Shown piece by piece: positions 50,511 through 63,782 of a stretch of DNA of 64,000 nt; the first letter of the stretch is position 1, and each line of letters opens with the position of its first letter. The DNA is from Chiloscyllium plagiosum (Eukaryota): assembly GCF_004010195.1 (NCBI RefSeq), contig NC_057719.1, forward strand, positions 27,835,458 to 27,899,457, in the 5' to 3' direction. Below the pieces are notes generated by a model that had not been told where the DNA came from, searched no databases, and was given only the letters and a program-made list of their open reading frames with translations. Position numbers and translations under genes: made by a program.

Positions 50511-53500
50511 CATGGCCAGACCACCTGAGCTTTTCCAGCAATTTGTTTCTGTTTCCAATCAACAGCATCCGCAGTTTTCACATTTTAAGAGAAGCTTCAT
50601 TTCAAAGACATAAACTCAAACAAAAAGCAAATCACCATAATTTTTAGAAAATGTTGTACACAGAGCTTTGGACTGAGCTAATGCTCAGCATTATAACTCA
50701 GACATTGTAAACAATGATGTGTGTACAAATTGGGGGGTTCTGTGAAATTAAAGTAACTTGATACATACACACATGAATGGGTTAGAACAAATGAACCAAG
50801 GCAACCAAAGTACTTGAGAATTTTATACAATATCCCACATACCCTATAACACTCTGGTACTTCAGTTCAGGTGACAAGGTAAACACTTCATCTTATGTAA
50901 ATCGCAACCATTAACTTTTTGCCAACATGTGTTATCTGATATTGCAGTTCTTTCTTAAGAAACACAATTTTAAAATTAAGTGTTTTAAAAATGTGTACAT
51001 TTAAAAGCAAGCATAAGAAAATCTCTTCAGGGTGGAGGGCACATAGACCATCTCTGTTACAACGGACTGTTTTAAAGCATAGCGAATGGTACTATTGCTG
51101 ACTCAGATCTCAAAAAGACTTTTAGAATATATGTGGTCTTCAACAATACAATGGATCCTTCTAAAAGATGTAAAACAATGGTTCCTACCTCAGACATCAA
51201 AGTGGGAGTTAACACATTTATTGTCTTTTAGCTAAGGCAATCCATAAATGCGTCTGGCTTAAAACCCTGGATTACTCAACCCTCATTGTGGTTAGGATGA
51301 CCCAGTCTGGAAGTCACTTTTACAAGTTGAAACTGTATAAAACTGACTGTACAGCCACCTTGATGTGTAGAATGCCAAGTCTTTGAGAACTACTCTCAGA
51401 TGGAAGCTTTCTGCAAGGGAGGATTTAGAGACAAGGATATTTGCAAACCAAATTCTGGTGTGTTGAAAGGAATGTGAATTAAATAAGATCAAGGATTTCT
51501 CTCCCTCCCAAAAAAAACCCATCTACTAAACTACTGAAGTCATCATGTTAATAATGAATTCAAACAATTATGGTAATGATGATAATGATACCTATGGTTG
51601 ATATACCACACTGATTTATTGGGACATTCTGCTTATTGTCTTATCTGTAAAATAATAAAATACTCATGTAATGTCTTGTCAAAACTTCCATTTCAAGGAA
51701 CCTTCAGTAAATAACTGCTAACAAAATAACCTAAAATCTTTTTAAACAAGAGCTTTACTCCAGTTATACAGGGAGTGTCGACAAGAATGCTTCTCTCAAA
51801 TTCAATTATTTTATCTTTTAAAAAACACAAAAAGGATGTTTGAATGTGTCCATTTTCAGATGTCCATCACAATCTCAAGAACAATTTCCAAGTACCAATT
51901 GCAAAACAAACTTTCTACTTTCTTTCAATTACCAGAAATGAATAGCACAAATATCAATCTTACAACTCAAATCACTTACTATGCCTGTCAAATTTGATCT
52001 CAATTATTTTGTGAACTAGCTCTTCTTCAAACATGAAATGAGCAAATTGAAACAATACGAAAACTAAATCAGCAGATTAAAATACAGAATATCCAAAGTT
52101 TACTAAAGTATCAATCAACAACGCTCGCTGATTTGTGCCAATGGCTACTACCTGGAAACATTTAAGTTTAAAAAAATTACAGTTACCTTCGCATTACAAC
52201 AAGTTCAGGGCCAACAGTGAAAGGTAGCAGCACTGATATTCCCCAAGGACATTGTGGTTCAAGAAGGCACTCATCACGACTTAAGGGCAACTAGGGACAG
52301 ACAATAAATGCTGGCCAGCCAGTGACACCCATACTGCATGGGTTAATAAAAAAAAAGCATAAGTTTCCAGAAAAATGGAAAGCCATATCCATGAAACATG
52401 GTGCCAACAAGTAGCTCTGCTGCTGGCTTCTTCTAAGCTTCCACAGCCATTCTGCATTTATAGCTGTTCCTTATTGTCACTGGTACGGTGGAACCCAAAC
52501 CACAAAAACATATGAATGCTTCACTTGCAAGTTATTAAAGCTTCGTAATATGTGCACTGATGTTAAAAAATCTGGAAGCACTTACTGATTAAATATTAAT
52601 TGAGCACCAACCCCTATGCAAACATAGATCTAAATACCATTCTGCTTCAATATTTTCTGCATACTCCATTCAGGGCAAAGCAAGCATATAGATAAGCAAC
52701 AACAGTTGACAAAAGCTTCCCACCACTGATGTTTCTTTTGCAAAGACACAGACTTACTTCAATTATAACTCTCAAACATCTCATTCAAATAATAATTTCT
52801 CAAAAACTTAAGGACCTCTATACCAAGTATAATGCTCTTAAATCAGGCTACAAACTAAGATAGGCCATTAGAAAACCCAACAAAAAGTGTCACAATGTTT
52901 ATCTTCAGCAGTTTCTGCAACTGAATTTGGTGCAAGCAACATTACAAACGATAGAACAAGTAGCATAAAAGGACAATAGACAATACAAAGCAAGAGAGAA
53001 TTAAGAGCCACAATAGCAGTGCTCTGTGGCCACTGGGTGAGATGTCCAAGGAATCTGCATATCTAAAATAACTCTGCACTTATAAAAGGAGATTATATTC
53101 AGCCTCCCAACGTCAGCTTGATCAATAGAAGGCAAAGTACAGAACACAAAACAGTACACCAAATAAACTGGCCCTTCAGCTCACCATGTTGCCATTCTAA
53201 ATTAACTCCAACTGCCTGCCCATGGTCCCTATTCCTTTATTCCCAGCCTATTTGTGTGTCTTGTCGATATATCTCTGAAATGTTGCTTTGGTATATGCTT
53301 CTACCTCTTGAAAAGTATTACTAACGTTTATAATTTGATTGTTAAATAAGCTTTAAGCATTTTAAAAAGTCAGTCCAACTTTAAGAAATCTAAAAACCTT
53401 AATTTAAATCTACTTTTCTTTATGCACCCAAGTGTGGAATGGGTTCACGTTAGATCCTAGCTTACATAAGCTTCTGTGACATTTTACTTTATCAAAAGCT

Positions 53501-56500
53501 AGTAAATGACAAATGCTTCTTAATGTGTCACTCATTACAGCTCAGTTATGTTGAAATAGCAGCAAGCACCACCATGGGGGGGGGGGGCGGAATTCAAAAC
53601 TACTTCACCAAAGTCATGTTGTGACTGAAATCAACATCTTTAGCACAGATTATGTGCAGTTAGTAAACTTGTTTCATGTTTTTATGTCCATTGTCAGGTG
53701 CACTCAGCAATATTCCCACTCCTGATAATGGTCCTACAAAGCAAGTAGAAGGCAGAGGCTACACAGGTGGTTACCCAGTGAAGGTAGGTTGCCATGTCCA
53801 AGAACCCGTGAACACTATTTAATAAAACTGGACTGTGAGCAGAGGTGTAAGAGGAAACTAAAATTGGCTATTTAATAAAAATTGAATACTTCTCACTCGT
53901 CCATTGTGCAACTATACAAAGCTCTCAGCAATCTTCAAACACCTACGCACTCTTATTAATTTAAGAGCATGTTGCCTCTTCTAAGTACCAATGGCAGATT
54001 TACTGTTGGGTAAACTTTAAGACTGAAATTTCTGGGCATTATAACTTCAGAAAGCTTTTTCCAGACGTGGCACTCTGTGGAATGACATAAGAACACAGCA
54101 ACAGAAATTCAATATTAAACAAATATTAACAACTACTAATGCTGTTAATTGGCATTTAAAGTTTTCAGATTGATACAATGGAAAACAATAAAATTGTATA
54201 GCTTCTAAACTATACAATGGAAAACAATAAAATACAGGTAGTTCTCCTATGACCCTGTAATTGCATTCCAGCAACATCTTGCTTAATAGAAATAATGGGG
54301 CCTTTGAGAAAAGTGGGGTTGGGGTAGACCAGCAGAAAGCATCAATTACGATTGCTCAAAAATCACTAAAAGTCTAACACAAAGTATAACACAGCCTGAA
54401 TGAAGGTTGAAATCATATTTATTAATGAAGCAAAAGTAAATTTAACACAGTACATTTAAAAAAAATGTAAGAAAGCTGCTCTCTGTACAATACCTCTCAG
54501 AAACATGCTCTCAGCAGCTGCCATCAGCACATGTGCAGAATGGCACAGATATCGGCATGTGTGCAGGACAACACGGACATTGGTGCATTCGCAAAAAGCA
54601 GCGCGCGAACCAATCCTTGCTGGAATTGGCTACTATGAATGGAGATGAGTGCTCCCGAAACTACTGTTCCCTAATTCTTCTGGCACGTTACAGGCAAATC
54701 ATGCCTTAAAATTAAATAATGTTAATTTTAAGAGATTATATTAATCCGGTTTGTTCTATACACGTGAAGTGGAAAACATTAAAAAAAAGATTGATAACAT
54801 ACAGAAAGAGTTTACTTTGAAAGTACCCAGAAAACCCAATACTCTTTGGGATATAAGAAAGCAAAGTGTCCTTTTTCCATTCGTCAGCAGGTCATATACA
54901 TGTTGATGGCCAACATGAATTGCTTATAGCAGCTCTTGAACTTAAACAGCCTTAAATTAAATTTATTTCCACAGTCATTACCTCAATAACTTATGTTTTC
55001 TCGGATCTCAGTTAATTAAGCATTCTTTTGCTGACAGGTTTAAAATTAGTCAGCTCTCCATTGCAGCCTCCTTCATACCCCTCAATTCCCCGACCACCAA
55101 CCACCTTTCCTGAGCTGATGCAATCTCAAGACGTTAGCTAAAGGCAATCACTAATCCTAGACTTGTGCTTACTTTAAAACATCTATTTCCCATTGTCTAC
55201 TAACTATTTCACCTGCAGTAAGTCCTTAGAGGAAGTATTTTAACTTCCAATGGGACAAGGACATCACTGACAAGGCCAGTATTCATGGCTCATCCATAAT
55301 TGTCCTTGAGAAGGTGGGACTGAGCTATCTTCTTAAAGCTGTCACAAGTACCTGATTATATATTTCATGTATTGAGTTATAAGTTTTAATTTTAGAAATT
55401 GAATTTAAAATGTCAATAAGTGGAAATATCTGATTAACAAGCTGGTGAACCAACCTGAAAGTAGTTCAATTAAAACAGACCATGGCAATCACAGCTTTGA
55501 AGGGAAGATGTGTATTGCTGGTATGGTTATAAAAGGTGTTCACAGGTAGGACTACAATAGTCATTTTGACTTTGTTTGGAATATCTCAAAATATGTCACC
55601 GAGCTAAAGAGATAAGATTACGATGGGTGGGTAGTATTTTTTTGCTAGGCTTTATCTGAATGCTCTCTTACAGAAAGCAAGCTGCTTAACTTGGAGATAA
55701 GAAGAGAGAAGGTCTATAGCAGCTGCAAAGTGAGTGAAGAGCTATCAGAAAAAAGTATGTTTGTTTTGAATGTCACTAAACAAAAAAGGTGTGATGTGCA
55801 ACTTGAAGAGTTGCAGGTTGCTGTGCCGAACACTACTGGAAGGATTTCAAAGTAACTTGTACCCAGGAGATAACTGGAACATTGAGGAACAATGCAGTGA
55901 ATAATAAGGAGCTGTGGCATACTTGGTTTTGAGTCAAAAAAAAGGAAACAGAATATAAATCCAGATCCCCTTGTAGTAATTCTTAGTAAACTATAGTGTT
56001 AAGAATTAAAGCAAACACTGAAAAATTATGTAAATAGTAAAATCTTTTAAACACATGAAATCTAGTGTAGTTCTTTTAGTTGATCATTCAAATATTTAAC
56101 TTTCACTTTAAACATGTACAGTCTCTAGAGACTATTGCATTTTGTTATGATCTATCTGGTACAGTTGATTTCAAAGAAGTCATAACGTTAAGACATTGAG
56201 ATAGGGCCCTTAAATTAAATTGCTAGTTGCTGGTAATCAAATAGGATTGCTTGCTTACTCTCACCTATGTTAGGATCAACAATGCATCCAAAAACTGGAT
56301 TCACCCTCCAATATCTTTGCAAACTAGTTCAAAGTATCCTCACCCCGAGACCAGATAGGGTTTTCAATCTGCTTAGAAGATTTGTGTGAGTCCATTGTTG
56401 TTAAATTCCCTACAATTATATTAAAGCTACCCAATCTCCTTCTAACCACCATCTTGTATAGCATCCTGCTCTAAGCTGCTAACGACAACATTCTGGCTGG

Positions 56501-56827
56501 TGCAGTCTCCCATTATTGCTTAGTCACCAATCACCAATTATCATGTACCTCTTTACCAAAAACAATTCTAAAGCAAACTGAGACACTGATTCCCCTCTCT
56601 TCTATGTTGAGGAATCTCGAACTTTCACTGAGTCAGTAAGTCTAAGCTAGAGGGTGATAGGTCTACTGTAGCCACATTCGCAGAGGGCAATATACCATTT
56701 ATCTCCCACACTGTAATTCAAACATAGCATGCTTTACCATATTTTGGTCTATATTATCCATACCTACTAATTAGATAGGGTTGACATGGTATTTTTAAAA
56801 GACAAACAGCCACTAGGCTCTGTACTC

Positions 56828-56943
56828 CAACAAAGGAGGGGGAAAAAAACTGGAGGCTCAAATATTGGCATGTGTCAAACATCTTCAACAAAGGAGGGGG
56901 AAAAAAACTGGAGGCTCAAATATTGGCATGTGTCAAACATCTT
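56828..56943 (+). repeat. Perfect 58-bp tandem duplication
   Basis: 56828-56885 is identical to 56886-56943. Confidence 0.93.
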
Positions 56944-58736
56944 CCAGTAGATAGCATAAAGAAAGCGAATCCAAGAAATGGATGATCAGAAATATTTACT
57001 TGACCAAGGGCAGACAGAGGAACAGGCAACAAGGGAGATAGTGTGCTCACAATTTCAGGGTGGCTTTTCTAATCCATAACTATTTAAATGTGCACTGCTA
57101 CAATAACATAAGATAGAAGTAGATGATATTGGGCTTGACCACTGATCTGTCATTCAATACCATCATGGTCAATCTTGGGCTTTAAATTCACTTTCCTACC
57201 CCATCTCATATAGGCTATTACCTTAGAGATTAAAAATGTCAGTAATGGAGTGTTCACAACCATCTTGGTTAGAAAACTCCAAAGATTTACAGCTCTTGCA
57301 ATTAAAAATTGCTCATCTTAGTCATGAACTCTTTATCCTGAGACAATACTCTACTGCTCTCTAAAATTAAGCAATCTTTGTTGGCTGTCATAGACAAAAG
57401 GCATTACAAGTGATAGCACCGCAAGCAGGACAATATTCAGCATTACTGTAGAAGGAAACAAAACAGGACAAAAAGTCTGTGCTGCCTGAACAACTGGCAA
57501 AGGTTCTGACCTCTGGTCAATATTAGATGACTTTTCTTCAAAACATAAACGTAGTTACCAGATGAGAAATAATCACACAAATGAAATTTGAACACAGTCA
57601 CCAAAACCTAGCTATAGTCAATTTGTTTGGACACACCACTGCAAACAAAACATCCAGTAGTCTTCATTCCCAATGACTGCCTAGACTGTTGGTATACTTT
57701 GTGAAAGGTCTTAGGAACATACATGGATGCCTTCCAGAAACATTAACCATGCAGATTCACTTGAAGATGTATATCACAAAAGCAGTGGAGTGTGTTTCAA
57801 TAGAAGTTATTTCAGATGGAAAAGTATTTTCTTGTAAATACGCTGGGAATTACCCTTAAACCAATGTTATAGAAATATTATTCATTTTAACTAAATAGGT
57901 AACTTTAGGCAGGTGGAGAAATTGGAATGATAATACAAAAAATTCAAATATAACCTCAATCAACCTTCATAAACTACCATCTTCTCTGAAGCAGACATGA
58001 AGTAGAAAACCTGACCATTTTAATTGAAGTCAATGAGAAAGTGGATAACAGAAAAGAATAACTTTCAAATGGTACATTTGTGCAGTGTATTCTGGTGCCA
58101 GATTTTATTTGAAGGTCATTTCGCTGCAATATGTTCACAGAATTCCTTCAAACTTTTGAAGTAAGTTGCATGATCTGGGATGAATTTTTACCAAAAACTT
58201 CACCCAATGGCCCATCTTTTCATTGACTGAACAAGAACTTTGCTCTCTGATAATACTTTCGAGACTAGTCCGTTGCTAGCTCAGTGAAGCATAATTTCCT
58301 TGGTCTTTGCAACCTTTGGCAGGTCAAGTACCTAGAGTCTCAAATACAGTCAGATCAGTTTCCAATATATAGTAATATGGCGTTGAACATCCATTAACTG
58401 AATAGCTCCTAAAGATACTCCTCTATTTTGTTGGCATAATCAGTTTTTCTTGAGCATTTCTCATGTAACCAAAATTTTTTTTTTTGCATTCTAACATGCC
58501 TGTTACATTGGGCATTTTATTATGTTAATGACACTATGCAAATACATATTGTCATCATCCATACCTGCCACAATGAAGTGGTAAGCCAACTTCTTAAAAC
58601 ATCATAGTTTATGTAGGAAAGGTATTTGGACAATGCATTAGGTGGAAAGTTTGGAATTGTTTATTCCGTGATGTTGAACGATTGTTCTCGTCCATCCAAG
58701 CACAAGTTCTAATTTGGGATGCTTGCATAACAGTCA

Positions 58737-58954
58737 AAGATTGGGGTGCTGGAAAAGCACAGCTGGTCAGGCAACATCACAGGAGCAGGTGAATCAACGT
58801 TTCAGACACAAGCCCTTCATGAGGAATCCTGATGAAGGGCTTATGCCTGAAACATTGACTCTCCTGTTCCTTGGATGCTGTCTGACCGGCTGTGCTTTTC
58901 TAGCACCACACTCTTCGACTCTGATCTCCAGCATCTGCAGTCCTCATTTTTTCC
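58737..58954. mobile_element. Older fold-back Penelope-derived element with hammerhead motifs
   Basis: Inverted arms around 58824. Plus-strand core CTGATGA-A-GGGC-TTAT-GCCT-GAAA-CA-TT at 58829-58856; degenerate TSD GCTTGCATA/GCTTACATA. Confidence 0.8.
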
Positions 58955-60199
58955 ACGCTTACATAGCCTCGAGGTACACAATGCTGATATGGAATGCCTG
59001 CTGGTGAAGGCAGTGAATGTTCAATGATGGGGTGCCAATCAAGTACAGCTATAATAACATTCAAAGAAGGGATCATTTCCAACTCCTGCCTCATAAATAG
59101 TGAAAAGGCTTCAGGTAGTCAGGAGTTGAGTTACTCCCCACAATATTCTCAGCCTTTGACCTGCCATAATATCTACTTGGTTAGTATCTTGTGGCCATAA
59201 TATCTACTTGGTTGGTCGAGTTAAATTTTTGGTCAGAATGTCAGCAACTGCAAACTAATATGGGAAGATGGTCAGACTACCCCTTTTGGAGAAAGTAGTT
59301 GACTGGTAATGGTACAACAAATTTATAATGCGGTATACTTGGTGAAAGTGAGGATGACCAAAGAAAATCAACGGTTATGGTACTATAAATGTAATAACAG
59401 CACATACAAATTTAAAACTTTTTTTAATACAAATTTGGAAATGCAAGGATTTGAATCAAACACATCTAAGCTTTTGGTCTGAAGTAATCAATTTAGACCA
59501 TGTGGATCAAAAAATACAATATAATTATTGTTCATATTTAGTTTGTAATTTTAAAACATGTTTGAAGCTTTATTCACTATTAATAACACTTTTTGAATGC
59601 AAAGACAAAAGAACATACTGGCAATACGCCTTGCTGCAGTAATTAAGCCGCTCTACAGAATTCTCAGTGGAAAATATAAACCCCAATTCCTGTAAAACGA
59701 TCAATACCAAAACTGATATAACCCAATGACAATTTCCCTTCATCTACTTTGAAAGTAGAAAGCCAAATACTAGACGTCCAACACAATGACTCAAAAATAA
59801 CCATCTTCAAAAGAAATTTGGATCATCAGTGGGATCAGCGTTACCGCAAGAAAATGAACAAGGAAATACATTACCTCTCCTGCCCCTACAAAAGTTTCGT
59901 CAGAGCTTACAAGTGTCCAGAAAAATAAATCGCTGGTGTGGCTTGAAGAACTTGTCACAATTAAACCAAGTAATTAAATACAACTCCACAACACAGTACG
60001 ACTTTTCACTAAAACCACGAAATAGTTTTAGAGGCTTAAATCAAACGTGGCGGACATTTCGAAGCATACTGTCCCCCCAGGAAGGGTATTCCAATTAACA
60101 TAATGTAAAATGAAAAAAAAACATAATTACATTAAAATCCGAACAAATAAGCAGAGACTCTCGTAAATGCCTCCTGAAGCTCCAGACCAGTTCCAGGTA

Positions 60200-61010
60200 A
60201 AGACACTCATCACCCACTCGTCCTTATGGAGCCCTATCCCGACAACAGACAAATCCCGACACATCAGCTTGATGCCGGGGGTCCCTTAAACAAAGCGGCC
60301 CAAGGTCACCCGGAGAGAGGGAGGCCAGCCTCCCGCCAGCAGGCAGCAGCCTTTCCCCAGGACTGAGTGTCCAGGCCGAGTTCCAGCTCCACAAAATGGC
60401 GACGTGGATCCCGGAGCCAGAGTCCCGGGAGCTGCAGCCATTCTCCACTAAACCCAACACTACCCCCTCCCTCGGCTCTGGGCGATCGAAAACAGACATC
60501 GGCCTCCTCCACGACAACAGGGTTCGAGCAGGACCCGCCCCCTTCCCTACCGAAAGCGGCCGCACTCACTCACCACTTCTTCTCGGTACCGGGCGCCTGC
60601 ATCTCGCGCTTATTGTCCTCGCCGGGGGCTCGATCCCTATAAAACTCGCAGCCACCGGGCTCTCGCTGTCTCTTGTTGGGAGGCTCGGGTCAGGCAGCCG
60701 CTTGGATCGTCACATCCGAGTCATAACTCTACGATCCCACCAAAACACAAGAATGGCGCCCGCTAACTTGCACTTACACCTCCGCGAACACCAACTTTCT
60801 GTCGGCCGCTTGTCGTCTCCCCTCCAACCCCCAAAGCTCTCCTTGCGTCAGCCTCACGCGCGCCTGACGTGATTGCGTCATGTGCGCGCATGTTCCCTCC
60901 ACGTCCCGCCCCCTATCCCGGCCCCGCCCCCCTGGCTGGAGGCTCCACGTGCCCAAGGCATCAGCTGTGCGGCAATGCCACGCTGGACAGACAATTTGCC
61001 AGCGATGCAA
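60200..61010 (-). promoter_or_regulatory. HIF1A CpG-island promoter / 5' UTR
   Basis: The only extended GC- and CpG-dense tract outside mobile elements. GC boxes at 60905-60913 and 60922-60931; TGCGTCA half-CREs at 60844 and 60874; TGACGTGA at 60865; NRF1-like GCGCGCATG at 60884; CACGTG at 60946; YY1-like CAAAATGGCGAC at 60392. Confidence 0.85.
60574..60602 (-). CDS. HIF1A: HIF1A exon 1 coding part, MQAPGTEKK(C)
   Basis: Minus strand reads gagATGCAGGCGCCCGGTACCGAGAAGAAGTG|gtgagt inside the CpG island. Phase 2 matches exon 2, and the EKK end resembles other HIF-alpha first exons. Confidence 0.85.
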
Positions 61011-62604
61011 AGGGGTTAATGAATTGGGTCACTGGGCCCGAAGCGTTAACTCCGTTTGCCTCTCTACGAATGATGTCAGACCTGCTGAGATTCTCCAGCA
61101 ATTTATGCTTTCGTTTAATGCGGTTCAGCGAACCCAAACACGAACGCAGGAAATAAACCAACATACCCAACATCTAGGGATGGGGAGACATAATTAGGAA
61201 ATGGGGTCAAATAAAATAATTTTGTGATCATTTACATTTGCTTGATCGCATTGGCTTGCTTGTGGCTACTCAACATAGAACATGGAAAAAATTGCCCTTC
61301 AGCCCATCATATTCACACCGTCATGAAGAATCAATCAATTCCACAGCATATAGCTTGTAATAGTGCATGTTATGGTGTCTCAGATGCTCGTCTACTTTTA
61401 AATGACGTCAGGGTGTTCACCACCTCAAATCTTTTAAATCACACAATACCAGGTTTTTTAAACTTTGTCCACCCAAGTCCAACACCAGCACCTCCCAGTC
61501 AAGACAAACCTTTTTGGTAGTGAGTTCCAGATATCCATCAATTTTCATGTCATCTGCAAACTTACTGATCATGCCTCCTACATTCATGTCTAAATCATTA
61601 CTGTATAATAATTAGTTTTCTTACAACTGGAAACATCTTCACCACATCCACTCTGTCTTGGTCTCTCAGTATTTGTAAGTTTCAGTGACATTTCCCCACC
61701 TCATCCTTCTGAACCCAGAGTCCTCAACTACTATTCGTATGACAAGCCCTTCATTGCCGGGATCATTCTTGTAAACCTCATCTGGACCTCTTCCAATGGC
61801 AGCACTTCCTTCCTTAGATATGTGGCCTAAAACAGCTCAAAATATTCCAAATATGTCATCCACACTTGTGTTCTAGCCCTCTCAAAACAAATGCTAGCAT
61901 TGTTTTTGCATTCCTAACTGCCTACTGTTAATCTTAAGAGAATTCTGAACTGGGTCTCCTAAATGCTTTGGTGCTACAAATTTTCAAAGTTTTTTCCCAT
62001 TTAGAAAATAGTCTTTTTCAGGATGGCAGCCAGTGACTAATGGAGTTTCACATAGTTCAGTGTTGGGACCACAACTCCTTATGTTATCCATCAACAAACA
62101 TTAAGCAAAAAGGAAATGAGGGCATTGTCGCTAAGCGCCAGGTAATGTTGAGAAAGTGGGAAGGCTGCAGAAAGAGTGGGAGAGTGGGAAAAGTAGTGGC
62201 AGATGGAATACAATATGGAAAAATGTGCAGTTATCTGTTTTGGTAGCAAGAAGAGAAGCATATATTATTTTATAAACTGAAATGAATGCTAACATTGCAT
62301 TTGATTTCCTAACTACCAACTGAAGCTGCACATTGCTGTAGGTCTGGAGTCACATGAAGGCCAGACAGGTGAGGGTGGGAGAATGACGTGAGTGAGCCAG
62401 ATGCAACTTGGACCTTATTCAAAAGCTACTTTTGTTAAAACAAAGAAGTTCTTTTTGTCCTTTGTTTACTTTAAACATGTTGGTGCATGATATATGCTTA
62501 AATCAGTGATGATTCTCTGGTGGGATGACAATTCAAGTTATAATATGACAAAGAGCCAGTTACTCTACAACACAATTTCTGACATGAAACAACAATAATT
62601 GTAA

Positions 62605-62756
62605 GGCAAAGGTGTGGACTGCAGATGCTAGAAACCAGAGTCCAGATTAGAGTGGTGCTGGAAAAGCACAGCAGATCAGGCAGCATCCTGACCTGATTTT
62701 CCTACTCCTCGGATGCTGCCTGACCTGCTGTGCTTTTCCAGCACCACCCTAATCTA
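62605..62756. mobile_element. Fold-back Penelope-derived element, central hammerhead region deleted
   Basis: 14-bp TSD AACAATAATTGTAA at 62591-62604 and 62757-62770; inverted GTGGTGCTGGAAAAGCACAGCAG arms. Confidence 0.85.
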
Positions 62757-62797
62757 AACAATAATTGTAAAACAATCTAGAGGAATTTGTATTCAAG

Positions 62798-63531
62798 GAC
62801 TTATACACTTAATGGTAAGGTCCTGAACAAAGAGACCTTGGAGTGCAGGTTCATAGCTCTTTGAAAGTGGAGTCGGAAGTAGATAGAATAGTGAAGAAGG
62901 CATTTGGTATGCTTTCCTTTATTGGTCAGAGTATTGAGTACAGGAATTGAGAGGTCATGTTGCGGCTGTACAGGACATTGGTTAGGCTGCTGTTGCAATT
63001 CTGGTCTTCCTATCAAAAAGATGTTGTGAAACTTGAAAGGGTTCAGAAAAAATTTGCAAAGATGTTGCCAGGGTTGGAGGATTTGAGCTATAGGGAAAGG
63101 CTGAACAGGCTGGGGCTGTTTTCCCTGGACCATCGGAGGTTGAGGGGTCACCTTATAGAGGTTTACAAAATCATGAGGAGCATGGATAGGATAAATAGAC
63201 AAAGTCTTTTCCCTGGGGTCGGGGAGTCCAGAACTAGAGGGCATAGGTTTAGGGTGAGAGGGGAAAGAAATAAAAGAGACCTAAGAGCAACTTTTTCACA
63301 CAGAGGCTGGTACATGTATGGAATGAGCTGCCAGAGAAAGTGGTGGAGACTGGTACAACTGCAACATTTAATAGGCATTTGGATGGGTATATGAATAGGA
63401 AGGGTTTGGAGGGACGTGGGTCGGGTGCTGGCAGGTGGGACTAGATTGGATTGGGATATCTGGTCGGCATGGATGGGTTGGACCGAAGGGTCTTTTTCCA
63501 TGCTGTACATCTCTATGACTCTATGACTCTG
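62798..63531 (+). mobile_element. CR1-type LINE 3' fragment
   Basis: ORF 62957-63394 (LERVQKKFAKMLPGLEDLSYRERLNRLGLFSL) and a (CTCTATGA)n tail. Confidence 0.9.
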
Positions 63532-63782
63532 TATTGAATAAAATGTAAAATAAAGTCTTGCTTTTTGTGAACTTCCATCAGATATCACTCAAATATTAGA
63601 AAATAAAGATTAGCACTTTATAGTGTATAGTGTATGAGAGCTAGTTAGTTATCAAATCTACATACTGCATGTCATGAAATGCCATGTATGTTTGATTTAG
63701 ATCTTTTTAGTTTCAGGTCTCATCCAAGAGCTGGCACCTTCAAAAATACAGTATTTCTAGAGTTTTTTTAAAAGAAGAGAAT

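Noticed and set aside
54173..54233. Short direct repeats (also about 29160 and 59163), superficially repeat-spacer-like
   Set aside because: Only two units each in vertebrate intronic DNA; slippage duplications, not CRISPR.
54470..54770. Possible DNA transposon remnant with CpGs
   Set aside because: I could not identify both TIRs or a TSD.
58790..58824. Third sense-strand active hammerhead
   Set aside because: The minus-strand core reads CTCATGA (G5 lost), so it is predicted inactive.
60603..60840. Iron-responsive element as in the EPAS1 5' UTR
   Set aside because: No CAGTGN loop on the minus strand in this interval.
60224..61197. Several overlapping 70-158 aa ORFs on both strands
   Set aside because: Expected stop-codon depletion in a GC-rich CpG island; no recognisable domain.
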